Of a stretch of 64,000 nucleotides of DNA, positions 36,681 to 50,250 are shown piece after piece (the first letter of the stretch is position 1; every line of letters begins with the position of its first letter). A model generated the notes under the pieces. The model searched no databases, was not told the DNA's origin, and saw only the letters and a list, made by a program, of their open reading frames with translations. Position numbers and translations under genes: made by a program. This stretch comes from Carcharhinus amblyrhynchos (lineage: Eukaryota): NCBI GenBank assembly GCA_965287045.1, contig OZ336882.1:20336001-20400000 (forward strand). Direction: 5' to 3'.

Positions 36681-38104
36681 AATTGCCATTTTAATTGTTT
36701 CAAGAATTCTTTTTCCAGATCCAAATGGTGTTTGCAGAAGTCATGCTATCCTTCCCTCATAAGACCTGTTGTGATGACTCAGTTCTGGCATTACCCCACT
36801 GGATTTCACACCATCTGCCACCCCCCATTCCCAACTCCCCACAGTCAGAGGAATTTGACCATAAGAAACAGTAATGAAGATACATAGCTTCTCTTGTTCA
36901 TAACAATTTAAAAAATTCTAAATTTCCTAATTTATTTAAATATTCACTACCATTTTTAGTTTATAATTTTATTGTACATGTGTTGAATCTTGCTTTGGTT
37001 TTCAATGAAGAATTAAAATTAGACAGTTGTGATCAGCTAATAATGGTTTCATTTGGTATAATTCACAATAAATCCTAACACACTATGGTTCCCAAAAACA
37101 TTTGTTCTTCAGTTTTTTTATATAGTTTGATGTATCACATTAATGATTGAAAGATATATTTTTTTATTTTGATTTTAGATTCAGCTGCTGCATCTAATTG
37201 TATTTCCTTCTGATAAAATATTACTTATGCTTTGCTTTTCATGCTATGGTTTTTCATAAAACTGTACGGAGCACAGATTGTTCTACCTTTCAAATCTGAT
37301 TCCATGCTTGCTAGATAGAAATGTAAAGCAATTTACTCTTATCACTACTTTCAAAAGTACAACAATAAATGGTTTATGATTGCAGTCAGACCTTCAACCT
37401 GACACAGGTTTTACTTTCAATTGAAGTATATTAATAGAATTCACAGATTTACAATATTATTGATAGGCTTTTAAATGCAAGTGAACTTCTTTCTTCAGCT
37501 TGGTGAACAATTGGGTTTTTCGAATCATTTGATCAAAAGAAGTTGTGTGCTCCTCTCAGAAGTCACCAGTAGATGCACTATTTTTCAAAATATGAAATCA
37601 TGGTGCATGTTACTGTGAGAAATTTCTATGCCCTTGCCTCAGCTAGTAGCACTCTTCGAGTTCATGCCTCCCTCCACTATGTCAACAAAAAAAAAGTAAA
37701 CTGTCCCTTTAATGCAATTCTTAGTGAATGCTCCATTATTGGAGATTGCTGTTTCTCATTGGTATTTAATAATGTCTGCTGAACTGTGTATTTGTATGTG
37801 GACCATAACTGGGCTCAATTAGGATTCATTGCCTAAAATAGCCTGCAGATGCTCAATAATGTGGCTCATATTTCTGTGAGGTATGTGTACTGAAGGGTTG
37901 GTATTATGTGTGAACAGTATCACTTCAATAGCTGGGAAAAGGCTAGTTTACATTCAAAGGTTAATTTACATTTGCCATAACTTATTTGTACAACAAAATA
38001 TTTTTCATTTCTTTCTTGACTTTATGCCTTAATTTTAATATTTTCCTTTTCTGTCAATTTACTCTCTTTCTATTATGAAGGCCCTATTTCAATGTTAGGT
38101 ATAA

Positions 38105-38410
38105 TTCATAGAATAATAGAATCCCTACAATGCAGAAAGAGGCCATTTGGACCATCCAGTCTGCACTGACAACAATCCCACCCAGGCCTTATTCCCGTAA
38201 CCCCACATATTTACCCTGAAAATCCCATGACACTAGGGGCAATTTAATATGGCTGATCCACTAAACCCGCACATCTTTGGATTGTGGGAGGAAACCCACG
38301 CAGACACGGGGAGAAAGTGCAAACTCCACACAGACAGTGACCTGAGGCCAGAATTGAATCTACATCTCCGGCATTGTCAGGCAGTAGTGCTCACCACTGC
38401 GCCACTGTCT
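38105..38410 (-). mobile_element. HE1/V-SINE-type SINE with CR1-type tail
   Basis: CATAGAATAATAGAATCCCTACAATGCAG tail; GGAAACCCACGCAGACACGGGGAG core. Confidence 0.85.
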
Positions 38411-38944
38411 ACAGGTATCTTCTGTACCAAACACATCAGACCTTTCTTCTTGTGACAACTACTCCACCACTATGGCCATTGCACTACCTTTGTTTGCTGT
38501 TTAGCATTGACCTGTGGATAAGTTTCCTCCATCCAAACATCATTCAGTTTGATCGCCACCATGAGACTCTAAAACCTCACCTCTGATTCCAGCCCCTTTC
38601 TGGCTGTTCAGAATGAAACCCCAAAGTGCACCTTAAGTGCGCAGCTCAGTTTTAATCTGAATTTCAAATCCCATGTTTGTCACTAACACTGACTCCAAAA
38701 GGTCAGCATTTATGTCTACAGCTGAGGCCCTTTACCAATGGTCAATGGTCACCTTCATGCCCAATTTTTCTTGTGCTTTCTCAGCTGATCTCCGAAGCTC
38801 CATCATATAAAAACTCATCCAAAACAATCCTGTTTTGTGCTTCTTCACCATCACCTTGTAATACAAGCGCAAGACTCAACAACAACAACTCACATTTGCA
38901 TAGAGCCTTTAATATAATGAAATGTCCCAAGGCATTTTACAAGT

Positions 38945-39465
38945 TAATTTATTAGTCACAAATAAGGTTTACAATAACTCTGCAATGAAATTACTGTGAA
39001 ATTCCCCTAGTTGCCACACTCCGGCACCCGTTCGGGTCAATATACCTAACCAGCACTTCTTTCAGATTGTGGGAGGAAACCCACACAGACACGGTGAGAA
39101 TGTGCAAACTTCACACAGTGACCCAAGCCGGGAATCAAACCTGAGTCCCTGGCGTTGTGAGGCAGCAGTGCTAACCACTATATGAGCTTACATTAACAGT
39201 GCAATTACGTTATTGTGAAAATCTCCTAGTCGTCACATTCCGGCACCTGTTTGGGTACACTGAGGGAGAATTTAGCCTGGCCAATGCACCTAACCATTAC
39301 AACTTTTTGACTGTGGGAGGAAACTGGAGCACCCAAAGGAAACCCCTGCAGACATGGGCAGAACATGCGGACTCCACACAGACAGTGACCCAAGTTGGGA
39401 ATCAAACCTGGGTCCCTGGCACCGAGAGGCAGCAGCACTAACCACTCTGCCACAGTGTTGCCCTA
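38945..39465 (-). mobile_element. Two tandem V-SINE-type SINEs (about 38945-39180 and 39185-39465)
   Basis: Two successive tail-core-head units, each ending GGCAGCAG..CTAACCACT. Confidence 0.8.
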
Positions 39466-40224
39466 TGGGAGTGTCATAATTGAGCCCAATCCTGACATAG
39501 CCCAATGTCTACAAATACACATGATGTGGTCACAATTACTGAGTAGCAATGATAGCATGGGGATTGTACTAATTCTTCTTTGTCATAATTTGGAGACATT
39601 GGCCATAGTGACATATCTAGTTAGGAAAACAAGTACAGATTAGAAATTAAAGCCCCTTGTTTCATATACTCAGTACTTCACCAATCAAAGTGCAGACAAC
39701 TATTGAATTTTTTTTGAAAACAAAAAGAGACTTGGATAGTTGTTATAATCGAGACATATCGTCTATAAGTTACTATTTTGAGGGTGGTGAGAGAGCAGAG
39801 GGGTCTGGACATAGATCGCTACAACTCTTCGAAGGTGGAAGATTAACAAGCACATGTAACAGATGTAATGAGTACAAAAGCAGAGAAATCCTGCTCAACT
39901 TTTACTAATAGTTGGGCCTCAGCTGAAGTACTGTGTGCATTTCTAGACCTTGTAATTTCGGAAGGTCGCCAAGGCCTTTTGAAAAGATGCAGAGGAGCTG
40001 TAAAGTCTCAGGATGTGACTCAGCAGACTTCTGCTGTTTTTGGTAGACCTAGCCAATGATTCGCTTCCCTAGTTTTGCCTCATAGCCCTGTAATTTCTTT
40101 TTCTCTTCATATGCAATCCCCTTATTAAGGTTCAGGACTCCTTCAGGACTGCACTAGAGCAGGACTTGAACCCACAAGCTCATGACTCAGAGGTGAGAAT
40201 GCCACCAAACTGAGCCACCTGGTA

Positions 40225-40745
40225 ATTGATTTTATTATTGTCATTAATTAGAGTGAAAAGTATTGTTTCTTGTGCGCAACGCTGACAAAGCGCAAGATAC
40301 ATTGAGAAGGAAAGGAGAGGGTGCAGAAGGTAATGTTACACAGGATGTGGAGAAAGATCAGCTTAATATGAAGTTGTCCATTCAAAAGTCTGATGGCAGC
40401 AGGGAAGAAGCTGTCCTTGAGTTGTTGGTATCTGACCTCAGACTTTTTTGTCTTTTTCCCCCGACAGAAAAAGATGGAAGAGAGTGGGTCCGGGGTGCAT
40501 GGGGTCTTTGTTTATACTGCTGCTTTTCTGAGGCAGGGGAAATATAGACGGAGTCAACAGATGGGAAGCTGGTTTGGGTGATGGGGTTCAATTTTGGGCT
40601 TCGTTCATGACCCCTTTTTTTTGCAAGATTACAGTCTTGCAGGAGCCATACCAAGCGGTGATACAACCAGAAAGAATGCTTTCTATGATGCATCTGTAAA
40701 AGTTGGTGAGAGTCGTAGCGCACATGCCAAATTTCCTTTTGAGAA
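40225..40745 (-). mobile_element. Rex1/Babar LINE 3' fragment (antisense)
   Basis: Minus-strand RKFGMCATTLTNFYRCIIESILSGCITAWYG; tail TTATTATTGTCA. Confidence 0.8.
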
Positions 40746-40755
40746 ACCACCACCA

Positions 40756-42950
40756 ACATGTCTTCCACCAGAGGCCCACACATCCTAGACCACTGCTACA
40801 TAAATATCAAAGATGCCTACTGCTCTATCGCCCACCCACACTTTGGCAAAATCAGACAAGGCTGGGCATGTGAGCTGCTCCCGGGTTACAAGCAAACACT
40901 GAAGCAGGAGAATCCATCAAAGAAAGTCATGCAATGTTGGTCTGAGCAATCAGATGATCTCCTATGGGGCTGCTTGGAGTCAGTGGACTGGTCAGTATTT
41001 AAAAACTCTGCAACCAGCCTGAATGAGCATGCCACTACAGTAACTGACTTCATTAGTGTGTAGAAGACTGTGTGCCAAAGAAGCAAATCCACAGGTTCCC
41101 AAACCAGAAACCATGAATGAACAGGGATATCCACTGCTTGCTGAAGTCCAGATCTGAGGCATTCAAGTCAGGCAACATTGACCTATACAAGAAAGCCAGA
41201 TATGATCGAAGGAGATCCATCAAAGATGCCAAAAGGCAGTACTGAACCCAGCTATAGTCCCAGGCTAGACCCACCGACTATAACAAGATCTGCAAGACAT
41301 AACAGACTACAAGATAAAGGCATGCAAAATCGCCAGCTGTAACGCACCCCTCTCTGATGATCTCAATGCATTCTACACCTGTTTTGAGCAAGAGGTCAGT
41401 GAGAGCATGCCCTCCATCCTGGATGGACCTGTATTTGGGGTCACCAACATTGCAGATGTCAGAGCAGGATTCTTGAAGGTCAACCCATGGACAGCGACTG
41501 GCCCAGATGGGATACCCGGATGAGGACTCAGATCCTGAGCAGATCAACTGGTGGAGGTATACACAGACATCTTCAACTTCTCTTTACAACAATCTGAGGT
41601 TCCAATCTGCTTCAAGAAGACAACCATCATCCGGGTACCAAAGAAAAACCTCAATGACTATCGGCAGGTGGCTCTGACATCTATCATTATAAATTGCTTT
41701 GAAAGGCTAGTCATGGCATGAATCAATTCCAGCCTCCCAACTATCTGGATCCACTACAGTTTGTCTACCGCTGCAACAGGTCCACAGCAGTTGTCATCTC
41801 CCTGGCCCTGCATTCAACCCTGGAACACCTAGATAATAAGGATACCTGTGTTAGACTCCTATTTATTGACCACAGCTCAGCCTTCAACACCATTATTCCC
41901 ACAAAACTCATTTCCAAACTCTGTGGCCTGGGCCTCGGCACCTCCCTCTACAACTGGATCCTAAAGTTCCTAATTCACAGATCACAATCAGTAAGCATAG
42001 GCAACAACACCTCCTCCATGATCATCCTTAACACCGGTGCCCCATAAGGATGTGGTCTCAGCTCCCTACTATATTCCTAATACACCTATGATTGTGCGGC
42101 CGAATTCCCTTCCAATTCGATTTTTAAATTTGCTGACGACACCACCATAGCGGTAGGATGTCAAACAATGATGAGATAGAGTACAGGAATGAGATAGAGA
42201 ATCTGGTGAACTGGTGTGGCAACAATAATCTCTCCCTCAATGTCAACAACATAAAAGAGATTGTCATCGACTTCAGGAAGTGTAAAGAAGAACGTGCCCC
42301 TGTCTACATCAACAGGAGGAAGTAGAAAGGGTCGAGAGCTTCATGTTTTTAGGTGGTCAGATCACCGCCAACCTCTCCTGGTCCACCCATGCCGACACCA
42401 ATAAGAAAGCCCATCAAAGCCTCTACTTTCTCAGAAGACGAAGGAAATTTGGTATGTCAGCTACGGCTCTCACCAACTTTTACACACACAATATAGAATG
42501 CATTCTTTCTGTTGTATCACAGCTCCTGCTCTGCCCAAGACTGCAAAGAACTACAAAATGTCTTAAATGTAGCGCAATCCATCACGCAAACCAGCCTCCC
42601 TTCCACTGACTCTGTCTACACGTCCCACTGCCACTGCCTCAAGCAAAGCAGCCAGCAGAATAAAGGACCTCACATACCGCTGACATTCTCTCTTGCACTT
42701 TCTTCCATCAGGAAAAAGATAAAAGGGTCTTTGGTCACATACCAAAACACTCAAGAACAGCTTCTCCCCTGTTGTCAGGCTTTTGAATGGATTTACCTGA
42801 CATTAAGTCGATTTTTCCTCTACACCCTAGCTGACTGTAACACTACATTCTGCACTCTCTCATTTCCTTTTCTATGATTTGTATAATACTCAAGAAACAA
42901 CACTTTTCATTGTATGTTAATACATGTGACAATAATAAATTCAAATCAAA
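40756..42950 (+). mobile_element. Rex1/Babar-clade non-LTR retrotransposon (endonuclease C-terminus, RT, 3' end), decayed
   Basis: TRGPHILDHCY...HPHFGK; [20 protein letters not shown]-like; LDPLQF.YR.NRST; [11 protein letters not shown]; KFADDTT at about 42126; 3' ACATGTGACAATAATAAATTCAAATCAAA. Confidence 0.9.
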
Positions 42951-43104
42951 TGTTGGCCTGTTTTTTTTTTTAACTATAGCATCCGCATGGAGGGACAAGG
43001 ACAGGTTGTTGGTGGTTTGAATCAGATATGTACCAAGTTGTGATAGAACCCATAAGAACGTGTGGAGCACTGGGAGGGAAGAAGTTATCTAATCCAAATA
43101 TATT

Positions 43105-43570
43105 ATAGAATCAAAGAAGTTTATAGCATGGAAACAAGCTCATTGGCTTAACTTGTCCATGCCATCTTTTTTTAAACCCCTAAACTAATCCCAATTACCC
43201 ACATTTGGCCCATATCTCTCTATACCCATCATATTCAAGTAACTGCCTAAATGCTTTTTAAAGGACAAAACCGTACCCGCTTCAACTACTATCTCTGGCA
43301 GCTTGTTCCAGATACTCACCACTGTGTGTGAGAAAAAATTGCCCATCTGTACACTTTCCCTATCTCTCTCCCCTCACCTTTAAACCTATGCCCTCTAGTT
43401 TTAGACTCACCTACCTTTGGGGAAAGATATTGACTATCTAGCTGATTATTTTGTAGACCTCGAAAAGATCACCCCTCAGCCAGGGGGAAAAAGTCTCAGT
43501 CTATCTAGCTTCTCCTTATAATTGAAACCATCAAGTCTTGGTAGCATCCTAGTCAATCTTTTGTACACAC
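43105..43570 (-). mobile_element. CR1 3' fragment directly upstream of the WWC promoter (same subfamily as 22705-23565)
   Basis: ACCTTTAAACCTATGCCCTCTAGTTTTAGACTC...GAAAGATATTGACTATCT shared with 22960-23030. Confidence 0.8.
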
Positions 43571-43679
43571 TTGTCATTTGATTGAAGCTTTGGGAAAAAA
43601 GGTGGGGCTGGCAAAATTATGGAAGGTGGGTGGGTGGGGGAAAGAGAGAGTGTGGAGCTTTTCGGAGCATTATGGCAAG

Positions 43680-44556
<877 letters not shown>

Positions 44557-44892
44557 TAACTGGCTGGCCAGCCCATAGCAAAAGCAGCATTGCAATTTAA
44601 AATGATGGGATAATTTACGAGAAGCTTTATTTGCTGAGGCAGAATCAGCTTGACACAGTAATGCAGGCGCTTACGAAACAGTTCTCAAGCTGCACAGCTG
44701 TCTTTTTTTCCTCAAACGTGAAACGAAGTGGCTGCCAGTAACTAACCCTCAGCTAGTGGTTGAAGTGCATTTTCAGTTCTTGTGGTTTTATTTTGTCTTT
44801 CTGGTTAACTGCTGAGCAGTTTTACATTTTCTCAAACTGACCAATTCGAGGTGCAACGTTCAGGCCAGATGCCCCTGTTACTTACTAAGATA

Positions 44893-45210
44893 AAGGCAAA
44901 ATACTCTGCAGATGCTGGAATCTGAAACAAAGCAGAATATGCTGTAGAAATTCAGCAGATCTGATAGTATCTGTGGAGAGAGCCAGTGTTTCGACTCAAA
45001 ATTTGTTTTAATTTATTATTGTCACATATGTAAGTGTACAGTGAAAAGTATTGTTTCTTGCGCTATATAGATGAAGCATACCGTATATAGGGAAAGGAGA
45101 GGATGTGGAATGTAATGATACAAGGGTCATCCAGACTCGAAATGTTAGCTCTATTCTCTCTCCACAGATGCTGTTAGACTGCTGAGTTTCTACAATATTT
45201 TGTTTTTGCC
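44893..45210. mobile_element. Palindromic Penelope-end repeat with an antisense Rex1 3' tail (about 45000-45120) inserted near its centre
   Basis: CTGCAGATGCTGGAATCTG...TGTGGAGAGAG / GGTCATCCAGACTCGAAATGTTAGCTCTATTCTCTCTCCACAGATGC; insert TTATTATTGTCACAT...GTGAAAAGTATTG. Confidence 0.65.
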
Positions 45211-46329
45211 CTGTTACTTGTCAGATATCTCCATTAAAGTAAAATTAAAGTTTATTTATTAGTCACAAGTAGGCTAACATTAACATTGCAATACTGTGAA
45301 ATTAACATTTAAAATGGATGATTATTTATTATCATATTACTGTTTCTGGAAACTTGTGTGCAATTTGTTGCTGTATTTCTTGCATTGCCCTGCCTCCAAC
45401 TTCAGGTGTGTTCAAAATATTTGGTCCTCCGTTCACTGTATTACTTATGTAGCTGTTGACCCCTCCTTTTGTCCCTAGAAAAATGTTATTCTCTGCAATC
45501 TGGTTAATATCCCTTTCAAGACCGTGGCTTCACTCTTTCACCTGGAGGAAACCTACACAGACATGGGGAGAACAGGCTCCACACTGACAGTGGCCTAAGC
45601 TGGGAATCAAACCTGGGTCCCTGGCACTGAGACAGCAGTGCTAACCACTGTGCCACCATGCTGCCCTGTGACTCCTAATAAAGCCAGAAACCTCCAAAAT
45701 GGAATCAACCCTGAATTCAAATGGCCCTATTGAATTTGGGTGCTCCCTTCTCCCCCCATGTGAATCACACCATCCCCTTTCCCCTACTGGCAAAAGTTGG
45801 ATTTGTTGGAAGTAGGGGCAGGATTTTTACATCAGGTTATGTGTGCCATTTTTAAAGTTGACTTTGTGAAAATCCTGACCATGGTCTCCGGATCAAATGT
45901 TGGCCATTAGGCCTGAGATAAGAGAAAATGTCTTCACTCAGTATTGAATCTTTGGCATTTCTTACTCCAGTAGGCTGTAGATGTCTATTCAAAACTGAGA
46001 TAGATTTTTTGTGCACTGAAGAAATTGAGTGATGGGAGCAGGGTGGGGAAGGGGAGTTGATGTAAAATCCCCCAAAATGACAGAACTGGCTTGATGGACT
46101 GTATGGCCTGTATTCCTGCTTCCAATTTTCTTCTTGTTATCAGCAAGCCTTGATATAATATGGTCAGTGCATTCATTAAGTCATTCCTATAGATTAGAAA
46201 TAGCGGAGACCAGAGCACTGATCCTTGCAACAGACCACTAGTTAGACGTGGCTATTTCTGAAAATGATTCATTTATTTGCACTCTGTTTTCTGTCCATTA
46301 ATCAATCCTTAAGCATGATCAAGCATGAC

Positions 46330-46768
46330 CCATGATACTGGGTCTGTACTCATTGGAGTTTAGAAGGATGAGGAGGGATCTTATAGAGACATATAAGATA
46401 ATGAAGGGGATGGATAGGGTAGAGGTAGAGAGATTCTTCCTGCTTAGAAAGGATAGCAGGACTAGAGGACACAGCCTCAAGATAAGGGGGGGGGGGTGCG
46501 CAGTTTAGATCAGAGTTGAGCAGGAACTTCTTCACTCAAAGGGTGGTGAATCTCTGGAATTCTCTGCCCGTTGAAGTGGTGGAAGCTACCTCGCTAAATA
46601 TGTTTAAGTCACGGGTAGATAGGTTTCTGATAGGGGAATTAAGGGTTATGGGGAGAAAGCGGGAAAGTGGAACTGATCCACTTCAGATCAGCCATGATCT
46701 TATTGAATGGTGGGGCAGGCTCGAAATGGCCTACTCCTGCTCCTATTTCTTATGTTCTCATGTTCTTA
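46330..46768 (+). mobile_element. CR1 3' end inserted into an older antisense CR1 (about 46140-47200)
   Basis: RNFFTQRVVNLWNSLPVEVVEATSL; tail TTCTTATGTTCTCATGTTCTTA; flanking minus-strand QGSVL...LFLIY.NDL. Confidence 0.85.
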
Positions 46769-47879
46769 TAATATTAACTCTCACCCATGTAGGCGCTAAT
46801 CTTGACATTTTATCCAATATCTTCTAAAGATAAAAGACACTGCAACCAATGGTTCTCTGTAATCTACCCAGCTAGTTGTACCCTCTAAACACTATAGATT
46901 TGTTAAGAACTATTTTCCTTCATAAAACCAATGGCTCTGTCTAATATTATGTTATTAATAGTTGATTTTAGCATTTTTCCTGCTACTGATGCTAGCCTAA
47001 TTGTCCTATGGGTTCCTCATTCTCCCTCCTCTGTCAGCATTGTTATATTTGCTTCCTTTCAATTCATGGGGACCATTCTAAAATTTTGGGAATTGTGGAA
47101 GATCAAGATTGATGCATCCTTAAATTCTACTTGGTTTGAAACCATAGGTTTCATTAGGTCCAGAGGATTTGTTGACTTGTGGTCCCATTTAATTTTTTTT
47201 AATACTTTTTATTATCAGTTATTTTAAGTTCCTCACTCTTACTAGACCCTTAGTTCCACACAATTTCTAGTTCAGTGTGTCTTCTGCTCAAGATATTGGT
47301 TGAATATCTCTGCAATTTCCTTATGCTCTTGTAATTTTCTAGCCTCTGCAAAAAAAACCCACACTTTCTTTTGTTTTCTTTCCACGAAAAGAGCTTTACA
47401 ATCTGCTTTTATATTTCAATTTCTTGCTCATCTTTTCAAACGTTCCAAATCCACAGGCTAACTATTTTGCCTCACATTGTCTATCTGCTATCTTCTTGCC
47501 TTAATTGGTTTATATCCTCTGGCTTCAAATGTCCTTGCTTGCTTTCCCACCGGCTGCCATGGCTCCATTCTCATAAAACTGGTGACCACCTAGTACCCCT
47601 TCCAGGACTTCATGTTATCTGACATTGCAAATGGTTCCTTCCTTTACAGGTATTGGTCTTTCCCTTTCAAAGTTGCCATCAATTTCAAAATTCCAGCTTC
47701 GACCTCTTTGCTGTTATAAACTCCAGCCTTCCTTTCCTCTCATATTTTTAACCTGTTTTCATCTTCCAAATCCACGCCACAATTCAATGTTTGAATCAAT
47801 AATCAGATTTCCATATTTACCATAAAACTGAATTAGCCCTAATTGTAATCACAAAAGACTCACCTATAATATTTCAAAT

Positions 47880-48975
47880 TTGGAGTTGTGGCTGACAGAA
47901 TGATACAAATTGACTCCAGCAGATCATGGGCTAGCAGAATGGAATTTAATATGGAGAAGTGTGAAATGATGCGTTTCGGCAGAAGGAATAGTTAGGGGCA
48001 AATAGACACAGTTCTTAAAAGTGTACAGGAACAGAGGGATCTGGAGCCCTAGATCTTTGAAGGTAGCTAGACATATTGAGGGAGCAGCTAGCAAAGTATA
48101 TGTTATCTGACTGGAGATGTCTATCATCCCTCAAAAATTGGTGCTAACAGTTGTTACCTGTCCCATTTTCAGCTAGCTGCTTGTAATTGTCAGACTCACT
48201 GGTAGTTGTCCTCGTTCCAGAGCCTCCTACTACACTGCAGCACCATGTTCCCTTGGCACTGCTCACTTAATTCACATGCTCTTGCACCTCTTGGGAAGCC
48301 CCCACTCCTGCAAGATCCCCAGGAGATTTCTGATTGGATGAAAACACAACTTGCTGTCACTAGTTAACAGTATATTTGATTCAGTACTCCCATTTTCAGA
48401 GCATGCTCGGTAACATTTTTCAGTATTGAGCACAAGAACAGGGAAGTTATGCTAAATTGCAAAAAAGCTCTGGTTAGGCCAGAAGAAGAGTATTGCATCC
48501 AGTTCTAGTCACACATTGGGAAGGATATAACAGTCTATGAGAGCATGCAGAGGAGATTTACTAGGACAGTTCCAAACTTGAGGGTTAGGTTGGAGAAGTT
48601 GGATTGTTGTCCTTGCTGCCAGGGAGATTGAGGGGAGATTTGGTAAGAGGTATACAAGATTATGACAGGTTTAAAGAAAGTAGACAAAAGCTGTTCCAAG
48701 TAGCTGAGGTGGGAGATCTGGAGGATATACAGATTTAAAGTTTTGGGCAAGAGGGGGTATCAAGAACTTTTTTTGCAGTGAGTTATAATGACCTGGTACT
48801 TGCTGTCAGTGAATATGGCGGAGATGATTAGTAATTTCAAAAGGAAATTGGATGAGTACTTGAGCAAAATAAACCTGCAGGACTACGTGGATAGAGCAGA
48901 TGAATGGAATTGACTGAATTGCTTTTCAGAGAACAGGTGTGAGGTTGATGGGTTGAAAAATCTCTTTGTCATTTT
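47880..48975 (+). mobile_element. Old CR1 3' half, interrupted at about 48115-48420
   Basis: GGAATTTAATATGGAGAAGTGTGAAATGATGCGTTTCGG (EFNMEKCEMMRF); AGGAGATTTACTAGGA (RRFTR). Confidence 0.65.
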
Positions 48976-48989
48976 GAATTAATAACCTT

Positions 48990-50250
48990 TGTGATTGATT
49001 ATTGTACATTGTGTTTCATTTACCTCCTTGATCTCCTTGCATCTTTTGGTACAGTAAACCACACCACCTTCCTTCCGTGCCCTTCCTCTAATTTTCAGTT
49101 CAGTGTCCTTACTTGGTTCCATCTTATCGAGAGCATATTCAACAATGATTTCTCTTCCTGCGCCTCCACCATTACCTTTGGAATCCACAAGGATCTGTGT
49201 CTGTCCATCTCTAGTCCTTAACTATACCTTATCCATTTGCAACTTCTTCCAAAGACATAGGGTTGACTTCCCCACACGTGCTTTGGAACTTAGTGCTACC
49301 TCTTCACCATCTCCATTACCACTACGTTAACGGACCCGCAAGACGACTTGTTCTAGAGAACCCCCAGTTTCCTGCCATTCAAGTTTGGCAAGGCAGAAAC
49401 CAAAACATTTCAATCCATGCCACAAATTCTGTACCTTTGCTGTCAATTCTCTTTCCTTGGCCACTGTCAGCCAAATCAGAACATCTGCAATGGCAGCTTT
49501 CTGTTTGACTCTGACCTGATCTTTTAACCCTATGTTTCTCCATCATAAAAACTGTGTACTTACATCTGTATATTATTACCCACTTCCACCGCACTACCTG
49601 AGATAATTTCATCCTGAAAGTTCTTTCCATGCCTTTGTTAAACTGTAAGTCAACTATGGCCAATCTGTTAATGTAGTGAACTTAGTGAATTTATCCATCT
49701 GATAAAGGAAGAAGCTGGAGCTAGACTATCTGCAGCATCGGTTCATTCACAAAACCCAGTGTCACAAAAGTGCATACTACTTTTCCCTTCCACATTGTTC
49801 TCCCCCATTTGTGGAAACTGGTTCTTATATATGTGCCTGTAATCCCAACTATGGCATTCATTCAATTATCACAGCATTTGCAACATTAACAGATCTGTGC
49901 TCTTCTGTTATCTTTGATTCCTCCAAAACTACAATTAGTATCCTATCTCACACTGGGCCTGCAACCTTTTGTCTTTGTCTTTACTGATTTACATTGTCGT
50001 CTTGTCCCCAGCATCTCCAATTTTAAAATTGTCATTTTGATGATTAAATCTTTGTGGGTTTGCCTCTCTATGTTTCTAATCTTTTCCAAAGATATCATTC
50101 CTCTGACACGTCCTTTCTGTATACATTGACCCACGATTGGTGCCTTCAGCCATCTCGGCCTATGTTCTGAGATTCCATCAATAAATCCCCTTACTCTTCA
50201 CTCACCTGCTCCTTGACCTTTTATCAAGCTTTTGGTTACCTCTTTATCTT
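48990..50250 (+). mobile_element. Decayed L2 LINE RT and 3' region
   Basis: LLDLLASFGTVNH (L2 motif LLDLSAAFDTVDH), VLTWF, later TTTTAAAATTGTCATT and GCCTTCAGC. Confidence 0.6.
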
